Positions 14,331-23,547 of a stretch of DNA of 24,725 bases are shown piece by piece. The first letter of the stretch is position 1. Each line of letters opens with the position of its first letter. A program made the translations under genes and the position numbers. The notes below the pieces were generated by a model. The model ran no database searches. It was not told where the DNA came from and saw only the letters and a list, made by a program, of their open reading frames with translations. This DNA comes from Candidatus Micrarchaeaceae archaeon (GTDB lineage Archaea > Micrarchaeota > Micrarchaeia > Micrarchaeales > CABMGC01), in NCBI GenBank assembly GCA_038877255.1, contig JAVYWZ010000011.1, positions 1 to 24,725 on the forward strand, in the 5' to 3' direction.

Positions 14331-15581
14331 ATGCAAATAAGCTTTTTAGGAGGAGCCGGAGAAGTGGGCAGGTCTGCAATTCTTCTAAGTGGCGATAAGC
14401 GTTTTTTGCTCGATTACGGAATAAAGATTGATGGCAAGACAGACTATCCGCAAAGGCTGCAGAAAAGGGTAGACGCGTATGTATTGAGCCATGCACATTT
14501 AGACCATAGCGGATTCGCACCTGCGCTTTACACAAATAACTACGTGCCTGCATATGGCACTCTACCTACAATAGAGCTTTCGCGTCTTCTCATAGAAGAT
14601 TCGATAAAAATAAACATGCGCAAAAAAGCCAAACAAGAATTTTCAAAGGGCGACCTCAGGCGCTTTGAACGCGCATATGTACCATTAGAGTATGGCTCTG
14701 AAATAGACATCGGCAACTATACGTTGAGCCTTTTTGACGCTGGCCATATAACAGGCAGTGCCATAACGCTTATTATCAATAGGGAAACTGGCAGAAGGCT
14801 CGTTTATACTGGCGACTACAAGCTAGAGCCACAGCTCCTTCAGAAAGGAGCTGAAATAGTGAAAAGCGATATTCTTATAACCGAATCGACTTATGCAGAC
14901 AGAGAGCATCCGGATAGGAATGCACTGATAAAGAGCTTTGTTGATGAAATAAGAAAAATAGTAGAGAACAACGGCATAGCGCTTCTGCCAGTATTTGCAG
15001 TAGGCAGAGCTCAGGAAATATTGACAGTTCTTTATAAAAATAATCTTATCGATTACGCCATTATTGATGGCATGGCGCAAAAGGCAAGCGAGATAGTAAT
15101 GCATTATCCTGAATATAGCATAAACAAGAACACGCTCTTCGCTGCTATGAAGAACACAACGTGGATAGGAGCAGAGCGGAGCAGGAAAAGCGTAACAGGC
15201 CCTTCGATAATAGTGACAACAGCGGGCATGCTCACAGGCGGCCCTGTGCTCGACTATGTTCGCATGCTAAACCAAAAGTCTAAGATATTTTTAACTGGAT
15301 ACCAAATACCTGGAACAAACGGCAGGAACCTGCTCGACGGCAAGCCTTTGATAATTGACGGCAAAAAATATGTTATAAAAACGCCAGTGGCGTATTATGA
15401 CTTTTCGGCCCACGCGGGCAGGAAGGACCTTTATGAGTACATAAGGAAAAGCAACCCAAAAAAGATAATTTGCGTGCATGGCGATGCTAACGTAGCAAGC
15501 AGTTTTGCAGAGAGTCTCAAGCTAGAGGGCTTTGACGCAGTGGCGCCAAAGATCGGAGAAACGATGACTGTAGATGTATAA
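14331..15581 (+). CDS. Metallo-beta-lactamase/beta-CASP ribonuclease (aCPSF-like, without KH domains)
   Basis: LGGAGEVGRS, SHAHLDHSG, AGHITGS, YTGD, TESTY, PVFAVGRAQE, FSAHA, VHG motifs. Confidence 0.93.
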   Translation: MQISFLGGAGEVGRSAILLSGDKRFLLDYGIKIDGKTDYPQRLQKRVDAYVLSHAHLDHSGFAPALYTNNYVPAYGTLPTIELSRLLIEDSIKINMRKKAKQEFSKGDLRRFERAYVPLEYGSEIDIGNYTLSLFDAGHITGSAITLIINRETGRRLVYTGDYKLEPQLLQKGAEIVKSDILITESTYADREHPDRNALIKSFVDEIRKIVENNGIALLPVFAVGRAQEILTVLYKNNLIDYAIIDGMAQKASEIVMHYPEYSINKNTLFAAMKNTTWIGAERSRKSVTGPSIIVTTAGMLTGGPVLDYVRMLNQKSKIFLTGYQIPGTNGRNLLDGKPLIIDGKKYVIKTPVAYYDFSAHAGRKDLYEYIRKSNPKKIICVHGDANVASSFAESLKLEGFDAVAPKIGETMTVDV

Positions 15582-15675
15582 GTATGTTAACTGCACTGCA
15601 CTAACAAGCAAGCGCAAGCGCCTATTGTAAAAAGAAATAGCAATAATGCACTGCAGAAAAATAATTAAAAAGCGG

Positions 15676-15981
15676 TCAGGCTTCGTTTGACTTCTTTATT
15701 ATCTCTATTTTGCCATATTTGCCAGGCGATAGCTGTGGATTGCCTCTGAATTCATTGACGTAGCCATTTGTTATTTTTATTTGGTCGCCAACGTTTATGT
15801 TTGCGGCATAGTCTTCCCAAAGAGAAATTGAAATGCTTCCGCTGTCGTCGCTCAGCACAGCGTCTGCTACATTGAGCCTCTTTCCAAACTTAGTTATTAC
15901 CTCTCTTGGTTCGCTTTTCTCAGTTATAGTGCCTTCAACCTCGACGTTGCTAGCACCTGCTTTTAGGTCTATTATTTTCAT
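15676..15981 (-). CDS. Single OB-fold single-stranded DNA-binding protein (SSB/RPA-like)
   Basis: KIIDLK...NVEVEG.I.EKSEPREV...VADAVLSDDSGSISISLW...NGYVNEFRG..QL; GGTGA SD. Confidence 0.9.
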   Translation of the reverse strand: MKIIDLKAGASNVEVEGTITEKSEPREVITKFGKRLNVADAVLSDDSGSISISLWEDYAANINVGDQIKITNGYVNEFRGNPQLSPGKYGKIEIIKKSNEA

Positions 15982-16045
15982 TTATTCACCAAAACAAACT
16001 AGACTTTAGAGATTTATATTCAATAAGGTATAATAATTTTTGCTT

Positions 16046-17137
16046 TTATCGCGCAAGCCGCAGCATGCGCTTAATTGTTAGCAAAACGCTGTCCATGTCT
16101 CCATATTTACTCAGCTTAGCACCAAAGCCCAAGCCTGCAAGTACCTTTATAAGAAAGGCCATTGAGACAGGGCCCAGCGACGAATAAAGCGATCGGACAA
16201 GCCTATGCAGGCGCATGTCAGCGCCGAATGATTTTGAAAATGAATCAGCATAAACAGCGAGCGGTGCGCCATGCTTAACATGCTCATATATGGCTTTTGC
16301 CGCAATAAGCGCTGCGTTGCCCCCATAGATTATGCCACCGCCGGTGCTTGCCTTTACCTGACCTGCTGCGTCGCCTACTAATAGCACTTCGCGCTCCTCA
16401 TCTACTATGCGCTTTGCTGCGCTTATTGGGATTATGCTTGCGTATGCGTTCAGCATTTTTGCATCGCCAAGCACTTGCCTTGCATATTTGACCATGAACC
16501 TGTTGAATGCGAATTTTGCATTGCCGCGCGTGGAATCTACACCTATTCCTGCTTCTACTTCATATTTTGAAACAGGGCAAAGCCATGCGAAAAAGCCAGG
16601 CGCAACGCTGTTGTCGAAATACAGATCAACAGAATGCTCATCATTAGGCATTTCAAAAACAGCCTTGTAGGTAAGCACATACTTGCTTATTGTGCCCATT
16701 CCGAAATGCTTGGATACTGTAGAAACGGCGCCGTCTGCACCTACTATTATGCATGACTTTGAAAAATCATCAAGATCGTGCGCGGTTATGCGCTTGTTCA
16801 GTACAATCTTGGCTCCGTTCTTTTCTGCAACGCTCCTAAAAATATCGTTTAGTGTTGGCCTGTCTACCACATATGCTTGTTTCTCCTTTGAAAGCACAGT
16901 AAGCACCGCATTGCCCGAATGTATTCTAGCTCCGTAAAGCGTATCTCGCACAGCGTTCATGTAAGGCATTCTAAGGCTGTTGAGGCCTTTTATTGAAAGT
17001 ATGCCGCTTGCGCTTGGCGGCATGCCCGGCTTGACCTTTGTATCGTACACAGTTACCTTAAGACCCATCTTAGCAAGAGAGCTTGAAAGCAGAAGGCCTG
17101 CTGTGCCTGCGCCCACTACGCATATTTCGCTTTTCAT
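16046..17137 (-). CDS. Geranylgeranyl reductase-family FAD-dependent oxidoreductase
   Basis: VVGAGTAG Rossmann motif, VVDR, IVGADGAVS, PGFFAWLCP, LVGDAAGQVKASTGGGI; ATG 17137 after GAGGTGA SD. Confidence 0.88.
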   Translation of the reverse strand: MKSEICVVGAGTAGLLLSSSLAKMGLKVTVYDTKVKPGMPPSASGILSIKGLNSLRMPYMNAVRDTLYGARIHSGNAVLTVLSKEKQAYVVDRPTLNDIFRSVAEKNGAKIVLNKRITAHDLDDFSKSCIIVGADGAVSTVSKHFGMGTISKYVLTYKAVFEMPNDEHSVDLYFDNSVAPGFFAWLCPVSKYEVEAGIGVDSTRGNAKFAFNRFMVKYARQVLGDAKMLNAYASIIPISAAKRIVDEEREVLLVGDAAGQVKASTGGGIIYGGNAALIAAKAIYEHVKHGAPLAVYADSFSKSFGADMRLHRLVRSLYSSLGPVSMAFLIKVLAGLGFGAKLSKYGDMDSVLLTIKRMLRLAR

Positions 17138-17151
17138 CACATCACCTCGCA

Positions 17152-17188
17152 AGGAGACCCCATGCGTGAGCGTGGGGAGGAATTGAGC
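17152..17188 (+). mobile_element. Possible IS200/IS605-type terminal hairpin remnant
   Basis: GGAGA-CCCCATGC-GTGA-GCGTGGGG-AGGAATTGAG: 8-bp stem (one U-G) followed by AGGA, same layout as the 9319-9353 element. Confidence 0.35.
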
Positions 17189-17283
17189 ATAAATATTATA
17201 TATCTTTGCAACTGACTCTCAAAGCTTTCTGATGACAGATATTCAGATTGTGTGAAATTGTATTCCATGTTGACAGTCTCAAT

Positions 17284-17313
17284 GAAGCCTCTTACATTAG
17301 AGGGGTAGTTTAC
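17284..17313 (+). mobile_element. Possible IS200/IS605-type right-end remnant
   Basis: GAAG-CCTCT-TACATT-AGAGG-GGTAGTTTAC resembles GAAGCC-hairpin-GGGGTAGTTCAC right ends (from recall). Confidence 0.4.
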
Positions 17314-17369
17314 TGTTTATTAACCTTTGCGCAAAAGTATTATTATTTCTAAACGAGAAACAGGTTCCT

Positions 17370-20300
17370 ATGTCTATCCTTGCAGCATATTTAATAGCGA
17401 TACTTGCAATAATAGCCCCAGGCTTTGCACTTGCATATGCGTTGCTTGGCAAGACAAAACTGCACCTATTCGAGATACTTGTTATTGGTTTTGTTTTTGG
17501 CCTGATATTTCCACCAACACTTACATGGTTTGAAAGCTACTTCATGAATTATATTCATGCGTTCACGTTTTCTGCTGGGCTCTTTGAAGCAAACGCCTTT
17601 GTTCTTACGCTCATAGGCGTAGGCCTTATCTGGTATCAGGGATTGTTAAAATTGCCAAAAAGGAAGAGCGAACTTGCTAAGGAAGAAAGAGAGAGGCTTC
17701 ATGATATAAAGGAGGTAAGGCAGCGGATTCAGGAGCTTGGGCTCGACATGAAGTTGATAAGACAGCACGAAGCTGAAGAGCAGCAGCTTGCAGAGAGGCA
17801 CGCCAAGGAAATGGAGACGCTTGCGCAGGCTGGGCCCGAGGAGCGCGATCGTATAAGGCAACTGCACGAACAAGAGGAGAAAAAGCTGCTTGAGGAGCAT
17901 GAGCACGAGGAGCGCATGCTTCTGATGCCTGAGAAGCCTGAAAAAGAAAAAGTAAAGAATATGAAACTAGTGTGGCTTGCACTTGGGCTGCTCATGCTAA
18001 TAGCATTTACAAGCAGAATAGCTAACATAGGCAATGCACCTACGTATTTTGAGTTTGACCCTTATTTTGACATGCTCAGCAGCAAGTCAATACTTACTTT
18101 CGGCTATCAGTACCTGCATGACTTTGCGGCATGGCCCACGCTTACAAGCGGCGCTGCACATAGGATGGAACCGCTTATACCTTATTTAGAAGCGTTTTGG
18201 TATTCAATTGCGAATCCGCCAAGCAGCGGCATAAGCAATACGCTACTTAGTTATGTAAGCAGTTTCTACCCGCCAATAACCGCTGCATTGCTTGTATTTG
18301 CAGTGTTCATGTTTCTTTATTATGAATTTGGCGAAAAGCCTGCGCTTATAGGGGCTGTGCTTGCCGCTTCAATGCCCGTGCTAATTACAACGTTCATTGC
18401 AGGCGAGCAGCTTTTGGAGCCGTGGGGCATATTTTCAATGTTCTTCTTCTACGCCACTTATCTGCTTGCAATGAACAATAACAAAGAACTGAGATACTCA
18501 GTGCTTGCAGGCATAGCCTTTGCCTCTACGTTCCTTGGAGCCCATTACTTCACTGTTGATGCAGGCGTTCTGGCGCTTTACATAGTCTCACAGGGAGTAA
18601 TCGACGTTTTAAGAAAGAAAGAACTGCGCGATTTTTACAAGGCAAACGCAGTTATTATAGGAATAATTGCATTCACATATGCAATTTTTGACCCTTACAA
18701 GTCATCGCTTTTCCATCGCATACCAAGCATGCTTGGCATACCTGTTATAGTCTCATTTCCGCTCATTGCCCTGATTTTAGTATTGGTGTTTGAATATGTG
18801 CCTAAGTTCCTGAAGAAGCGGGGCATAATTAGCCAGGTAACAAGAAGAACTTATTACATGTGGCTTGCGCTGCTTGTTGTTTTGGCGCTTATAGCTGTTT
18901 TTGCAACTCCCATTGGCAACCCTATAAAGTCATACATTGCTTTGAGCCTCCACTTTACTACACCTTCAAGCCCGCTCTTTATGACTGTGCAGGAATTTGA
19001 GCCAACAGGCATCGGCTACAATTTTGCATCTGCAGGTTTCGGAATAATAGGGATAAACGCACTCGTTTGGATTATTTTGATATTATTTGTAATAGTGTCA
19101 CTCTACGCCGTATTCTACAGGAATTCAAATGCAAGCATACTTGCGTTCTGGATTGTAATACCTCTTGCATTTGCCGCAATGACAGAGGTCAAGTACCTGC
19201 CTCACTTTGGCGTTGCTTACATAATTGCTTTATCTATGCTAATTGGCGAGCTCTTTATAGTGCTAGATAAGAAATTCAGCAAAAGAGCCATGTACACTGT
19301 TTATGCAATAATTGCAATAGTGCTGCTTGCTGAAGCTGTGCCCGCGTTTGCCGGCGTAATAGGCGGCTATATAAATGCAAACAACTGCGCTACAGTACTT
19401 GACAACGGCAATGCCGTAGGCTATGATATGTTCTGCAACCAAGTGCCAGGCTATTGGCTAAATGCCACTGCGTGGATGAGCAGCAACGTTGGTCCTTATG
19501 GGCCTAGAATACTCTCGTGGTGGGACTATGGCGATTGGATCAATTGGTTTGGCAACAGCAACGCGGTATTAAGAGGCGACAACGCAGTGCCGCAGCTCGA
19601 TTATGAAACCGCAGCACGGTATGTTCTTGGACCGCAAGACGGCTTCGGCCCTGCAAACCTCGCAAACTTCTCAAATTCAGTGCAGGCAAAATACGTGCTT
19701 TTTGACAATGCACTTACGCAGAAGTGGGGCGCGCTTGACTTTCTAGCATGCATAGACATAAATCAAACAAGCATGGCGTTTGCAAAAGCAGCTGCAAACG
19801 GCACAGGCTATCTGCTAGGCACATCAGAGTGCGAGATAAAGCACGACCCTGCAGTGTTGCTTATTCCTGAAAACACAAGCTCCATAAGCAGCTACTGCGC
19901 GCCGATAAAGAGCCTTAAGAACGAAACCCTGCTTAAGGGAATCGTACTTGTAGGCGATACGCTTACAAACACCACATACTGCGTGCCTTTGCGCAGCAAC
20001 TCTTCAGCAGAAACGCTGTACTATCCAAACGGAACAGCATCAAATGCAAGACTCGTTGCAACAGAGCAATTTTTCCAGGGCTCTGTTAGCGTTCAAGGCG
20101 TGCCGTTCCTAGCGTTCATGCTGCTTTACCTACCTAACAAGAATGGCACCGTTATTGCTCCCTCAGAGTTTTACAACTCGAATTACTACAATGCATTCTA
20201 CCTTGGCAAACTTCCTGGATTTACATTAGTATATCCTAGCAACTTCACAGGCATAAACTACATAAACGGCACGCACCAGATAATGATTTATCAAGTAGAC

Positions 20301-20375
20301 AACTTCACAGGCACGCTGCCAAGCCACACGCCAAAGCCAGCATGGGTGCACAACAACTACACAATGCCTGGCTAA
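17370..20375 (+). CDS. aglB: Oligosaccharyltransferase AglB (STT3 family) with N-terminal extension
   Basis: EFDPYF, many TM helices, TVQE (TIXE-like), ILSWWDYGDWI, DN motif; numerous N-x-S/T sequons in the C-terminal domain. Confidence 0.92.
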   Translation: MSILAAYLIAILAIIAPGFALAYALLGKTKLHLFEILVIGFVFGLIFPPTLTWFESYFMNYIHAFTFSAGLFEANAFVLTLIGVGLIWYQGLLKLPKRKSELAKEERERLHDIKEVRQRIQELGLDMKLIRQHEAEEQQLAERHAKEMETLAQAGPEERDRIRQLHEQEEKKLLEEHEHEERMLLMPEKPEKEKVKNMKLVWLALGLLMLIAFTSRIANIGNAPTYFEFDPYFDMLSSKSILTFGYQYLHDFAAWPTLTSGAAHRMEPLIPYLEAFWYSIANPPSSGISNTLLSYVSSFYPPITAALLVFAVFMFLYYEFGEKPALIGAVLAASMPVLITTFIAGEQLLEPWGIFSMFFFYATYLLAMNNNKELRYSVLAGIAFASTFLGAHYFTVDAGVLALYIVSQGVIDVLRKKELRDFYKANAVIIGIIAFTYAIFDPYKSSLFHRIPSMLGIPVIVSFPLIALILVLVFEYVPKFLKKRGIISQVTRRTYYMWLALLVVLALIAVFATPIGNPIKSYIALSLHFTTPSSPLFMTVQEFEPTGIGYNFASAGFGIIGINALVWIILILFVIVSLYAVFYRNSNASILAFWIVIPLAFAAMTEVKYLPHFGVAYIIALSMLIGELFIVLDKKFSKRAMYTVYAIIAIVLLAEAVPAFAGVIGGYINANNCATVLDNGNAVGYDMFCNQVPGYWLNATAWMSSNVGPYGPRILSWWDYGDWINWFGNSNAVLRGDNAVPQLDYETAARYVLGPQDGFGPANLANFSNSVQAKYVLFDNALTQKWGALDFLACIDINQTSMAFAKAAANGTGYLLGTSECEIKHDPAVLLIPENTSSISSYCAPIKSLKNETLLKGIVLVGDTLTNTTYCVPLRSNSSAETLYYPNGTASNARLVATEQFFQGSVSVQGVPFLAFMLLYLPNKNGTVIAPSEFYNSNYYNAFYLGKLPGFTLVYPSNFTGINYINGTHQIMIYQVDNFTGTLPSHTPKPAWVHNNYTMPG

Positions 20376-20520
20376 TCTAGAAAGACTCACCTTTTTCGAT
20401 CAAAAACCAGAAACTCAAAATATTGAAGGCAGGACAAACGGCAAACGAAAAGGCAAGATAATCAAGCGCAGAGCGGATCTGTGCGCAAAGCATAATATAG
20501 CATTTGTGCTATTTTTCCTT

Positions 20521-20847
20521 GTGAAAAACAAAAACGTTGTCAGGGAGCTTGCGAGCGACAGGATTTCACGCCTATTAGGGCTTGCCGAAGCTATGGCAAG
20601 ACAAAACACTGAGCTAAGCAGAGACCTTGAGAAACGTTATGTAAGGCTTGCAAGTCGCATAAGCGCCCACTACAAAGTCAAGATGCCTAAGGAGCTTGAG
20701 CAGAAAATATGCAAAAAATGCAATAATTTTTTGGTGCCTGGAATAAACTGCACAGTAAGGCTTGCAAGTGGCAGGAAGTATATTGTTTATAAATGTGAAT
20801 GTGGCGCTGAAAGGCACATCTTTTACGGCAACAAAAGAACACAGTAG
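20521..20847 (+). CDS. rnp4: Ribonuclease P protein component 4 (Rpp21)
   Basis: A.DRI..L...A, RYVRLA.RI, ICKKCNNFLVPGINCTVRL, CECG zinc ribbon. GTG 20521 chosen as start. Confidence 0.9.
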   Translation: MKNKNVVRELASDRISRLLGLAEAMARQNTELSRDLEKRYVRLASRISAHYKVKMPKELEQKICKKCNNFLVPGINCTVRLASGRKYIVYKCECGAERHIFYGNKRTQ

Positions 20848-21034
20848 CAAAAATATAAGCAAACAGTGCAGCACAAGCACAACAAAATATAATGTACAAT
20901 GCATATTGGCGCAATCGGCAAGATGGTCTGAGTAAAATAGATTGTGCGAGCAAGCAGTGCGTGTTTCAAAATAGCCTTTAACTAACTATGCTCTCTATTT
21001 TTATTGGCCGCGCAGCACCCTGCAGCTTGGAATG

Positions 21035-21559
21035 CTAGCTAACGCCAAGCGCATCTGCAAGAGCATCAATCAAAGCCTGCATCTGTGAGTTGCTGCTTGC
21101 CGATATTATTCTTGAATCGCTGACAAGCTGAGCTTCATCTAAAATGCCTTTGTATAGACCTACAAGTCTCTTAGTCTCAGCATCATCGCTGCTTGCAAGC
21201 TTTATACCTTTTATTATGTTTGCCTTTGCAACTGCTTTCATGGCATTGCCAATTGCTACAATGACCTTTTTGTTTTCATGTGCAACTTTAAGCCTATCAA
21301 GCAACTGCCTGTTCTCATAAAGCCGTGTAGACTCTATTCCAGGGCCGTCTATTATCAGAATAGCGTCAGAATACACCGGCTCAAACTCGTCAGCGCGACC
21401 ATCTTGTTTTATAGTAGCACCGTGATAGCCCTTGCACTCCTTATCTGCAAAACTTAATATTTCATGCTTTATGCCCTTCTTGTCCAGCAGTAACAGTGCC
21501 TGCGATAGCGTTTCGTCTTTGAAATCGTAAGGCGCAATTATTATAGAAACTTTTGCCAT
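21035..21559 (-). CDS. DJ-1/PfpI family protein lacking the nucleophilic Cys
   Basis: KVSIIIAPYDFKDE, GYHGATI, DAILIIDGPG, K.IVAIGNA (normally AAICH/xG), LVSDSRIISA. Confidence 0.8.
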   Translation of the reverse strand: MAKVSIIIAPYDFKDETLSQALLLLDKKGIKHEILSFADKECKGYHGATIKQDGRADEFEPVYSDAILIIDGPGIESTRLYENRQLLDRLKVAHENKKVIVAIGNAMKAVAKANIIKGIKLASSDDAETKRLVGLYKGILDEAQLVSDSRIISASSNSQMQALIDALADALGVS

Positions 21560-21579
21560 TTTATCCCTATTATTTTTAT

Positions 21580-23547
21580 TTAGCTAGATTTCATATTTCT
21601 TTCTTTCCAAATCCACACAGGAAGTAAAATACAAATAAGCACTAACACAATGACAACGAGCAGGCTGCTGGGCGAGACAAAAATAAGCGACACTGGCCTG
21701 CCCTGCTGCGTTGAGAAGCCTTCGCTGAATAAGTAAGAGGCATCGCCTGAAGCATAGCCATAAGGTATATTACTCAGGTAAATTTCGCCAAAAGCGCCAG
21801 AAGAGCGCAGAACAGAAGTTCCATTTTCAAACTTAATGCGCAGAGTGGCGTTTACAGGCAAGCCGAAGATATCCTTTGTGCTTATGCTTAAGCTGTATAC
21901 GGGAAGGGTTATATTTACCGTCTCTGGGCTTGTCACACTCAGTACATAGCTTGTGTTAATTGGCGTGCCCTTGTAAAAGGCCGTGCTTATCTGGTACGTG
22001 CCTTGCTCAAGATAGCTTGTGCTGTTTATTCTTGTGCCATTGGCAATATAGTAAACAACATCTATCGGAGTGCCACTTGAATTTCTGCCGATTATATTTA
22101 CCTTGTACTCTTTTGAAAAAAGCGCATCTATACTTACTGGTTTATTAACAATAATTGAAAGCGTTTGCTGCCTGCTGCCATTGCTCCATGAAACAAATGC
22201 ATAGCGCTCGTTATTTGATATATTCTCAATTGGATTTAGAACTGTTATGTTATCTCTGCTACCTTGCGCAAACCAGCCTGCGCCGCTTACATTACCATAT
22301 TGCGTTGCAGCGCTTATAAGCAACTGGTGGGTGTATTCTGCTACAAAATGCATAGGCGCATTTACAATCACAGTGCCGTTTGCAGCTGTACTGCCACTAT
22401 TCCACGATGTGAAAATGAATCTCGAATTGTTGCTTATATAAATTGAAGTTTTTGAAACACCGTACTTTGCAATGCTGCCTGCGGCATACCAACCCGTGCC
22501 ATATGTAGAGAAGTTTGAAGTAACGTTAACAAAGTACTCTAAAGTATACGCAGCATATTCTGTTATATTGGAATTCATGCTTATCACTGTGCTGTTTGAT
22601 GTGCCAGTATAAGAGCCAATGCCTGTGCCAGTCCAATGCGAAAAGACTTCACGCGCAGTACTGTTTAAATATAGCACTTGCGGAGCAGAAATACTTACCT
22701 GAGAATATGCATCGTACTCAACGCTACTGTTTAAAGCACTGTATTGTGAAGATATTTTTAGAAAATAGCCCAGATGCCAGAGCTGTGTTCCATTTACATC
22801 AGTAGGTAGTTTAGAACCCACTTCAAAATAGTTTACCCTGTTGCCTATTTCTTCTACGCCATAAGGATTTTGTACATTTGTCATGCTGCCCACACCATAA
22901 GAAACAACGCCGTATGCATTTTCTACGGGCAAAAAGGTGTCGTACTTGTACGCTGAAAGATTAGAGAAGATAACAGGCAGCATATAGCTTGTTATGCCAC
23001 TGCTGTTTGCCAGCTCTCCTATTGCCACTGGCGGATTTGGCCCAGAGCTATCTGTGCCTAGGTTTACAGCACCTACCTGCTTGCCGTTGAAAAGCAAGTG
23101 CCATATGTTGCCTAACGAATAGAAACCATAGGTGTTAAAAGTACCGTTCACTCCGGCAGAGCCATCAGGTCCTATTGCACCAAGAAAAGTGCTATTATCG
23201 CTTGGCAGAAAATACTCGTAGAACCAGGCAGGTCTTCCTGCTGTAAGATAAACTGTGCTGGAGCATCCTGAGATGGTGCAGTTTGTAGGGTAGTAGCCGC
23301 TCTGGTTTTCAATAGTATAACCAATCTGTATGAAAGCGCCATTTTGCAAGTCTTCGCCAACCCAGAAAGCCATTGACCCGCTCGCAGCAGGCCTCTGGTA
23401 GATAGTTTCTATGCTTGCCATTGCCCCGTTATTCTGCGCGGCTGAATTGCCAGCGCGGGCACCTGACTGAAACCAATACTGCGCATTAGCTATGCCTGCG
23501 ATCAAGAAGCCGCATAAAAGCAATGGCAAAACGCTATGCCCTTTCAT
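21580..23547 (-). CDS. Secreted, C-terminally anchored surface glycoprotein with N-terminal glutamic-peptidase-like domain and repeated beta modules
   Basis: Signal peptide ending IANA/QY; FWVG...FIQIGY...WFYEY...IGE; three repeats with R.(V/I/A)F..W and G.GW(Y/F)..GS; many sequons; C-terminal TM plus basic tail. Confidence 0.75.
   Translation of the reverse strand: MKGHSVLPLLLCGFLIAGIANAQYWFQSGARAGNSAAQNNGAMASIETIYQRPAASGSMAFWVGEDLQNGAFIQIGYTIENQSGYYPTNCTISGCSSTVYLTAGRPAWFYEYFLPSDNSTFLGAIGPDGSAGVNGTFNTYGFYSLGNIWHLLFNGKQVGAVNLGTDSSGPNPPVAIGELANSSGITSYMLPVIFSNLSAYKYDTFLPVENAYGVVSYGVGSMTNVQNPYGVEEIGNRVNYFEVGSKLPTDVNGTQLWHLGYFLKISSQYSALNSSVEYDAYSQVSISAPQVLYLNSTAREVFSHWTGTGIGSYTGTSNSTVISMNSNITEYAAYTLEYFVNVTSNFSTYGTGWYAAGSIAKYGVSKTSIYISNNSRFIFTSWNSGSTAANGTVIVNAPMHFVAEYTHQLLISAATQYGNVSGAGWFAQGSRDNITVLNPIENISNNERYAFVSWSNGSRQQTLSIIVNKPVSIDALFSKEYKVNIIGRNSSGTPIDVVYYIANGTRINSTSYLEQGTYQISTAFYKGTPINTSYVLSVTSPETVNITLPVYSLSISTKDIFGLPVNATLRIKFENGTSVLRSSGAFGEIYLSNIPYGYASGDASYLFSEGFSTQQGRPVSLIFVSPSSLLVVIVLVLICILLPVWIWKERNMKSS

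Noticed and set aside
20465..20512. Short inverted repeats upstream of rnp4
   Set aside because: Short and imperfect; within chance expectation.
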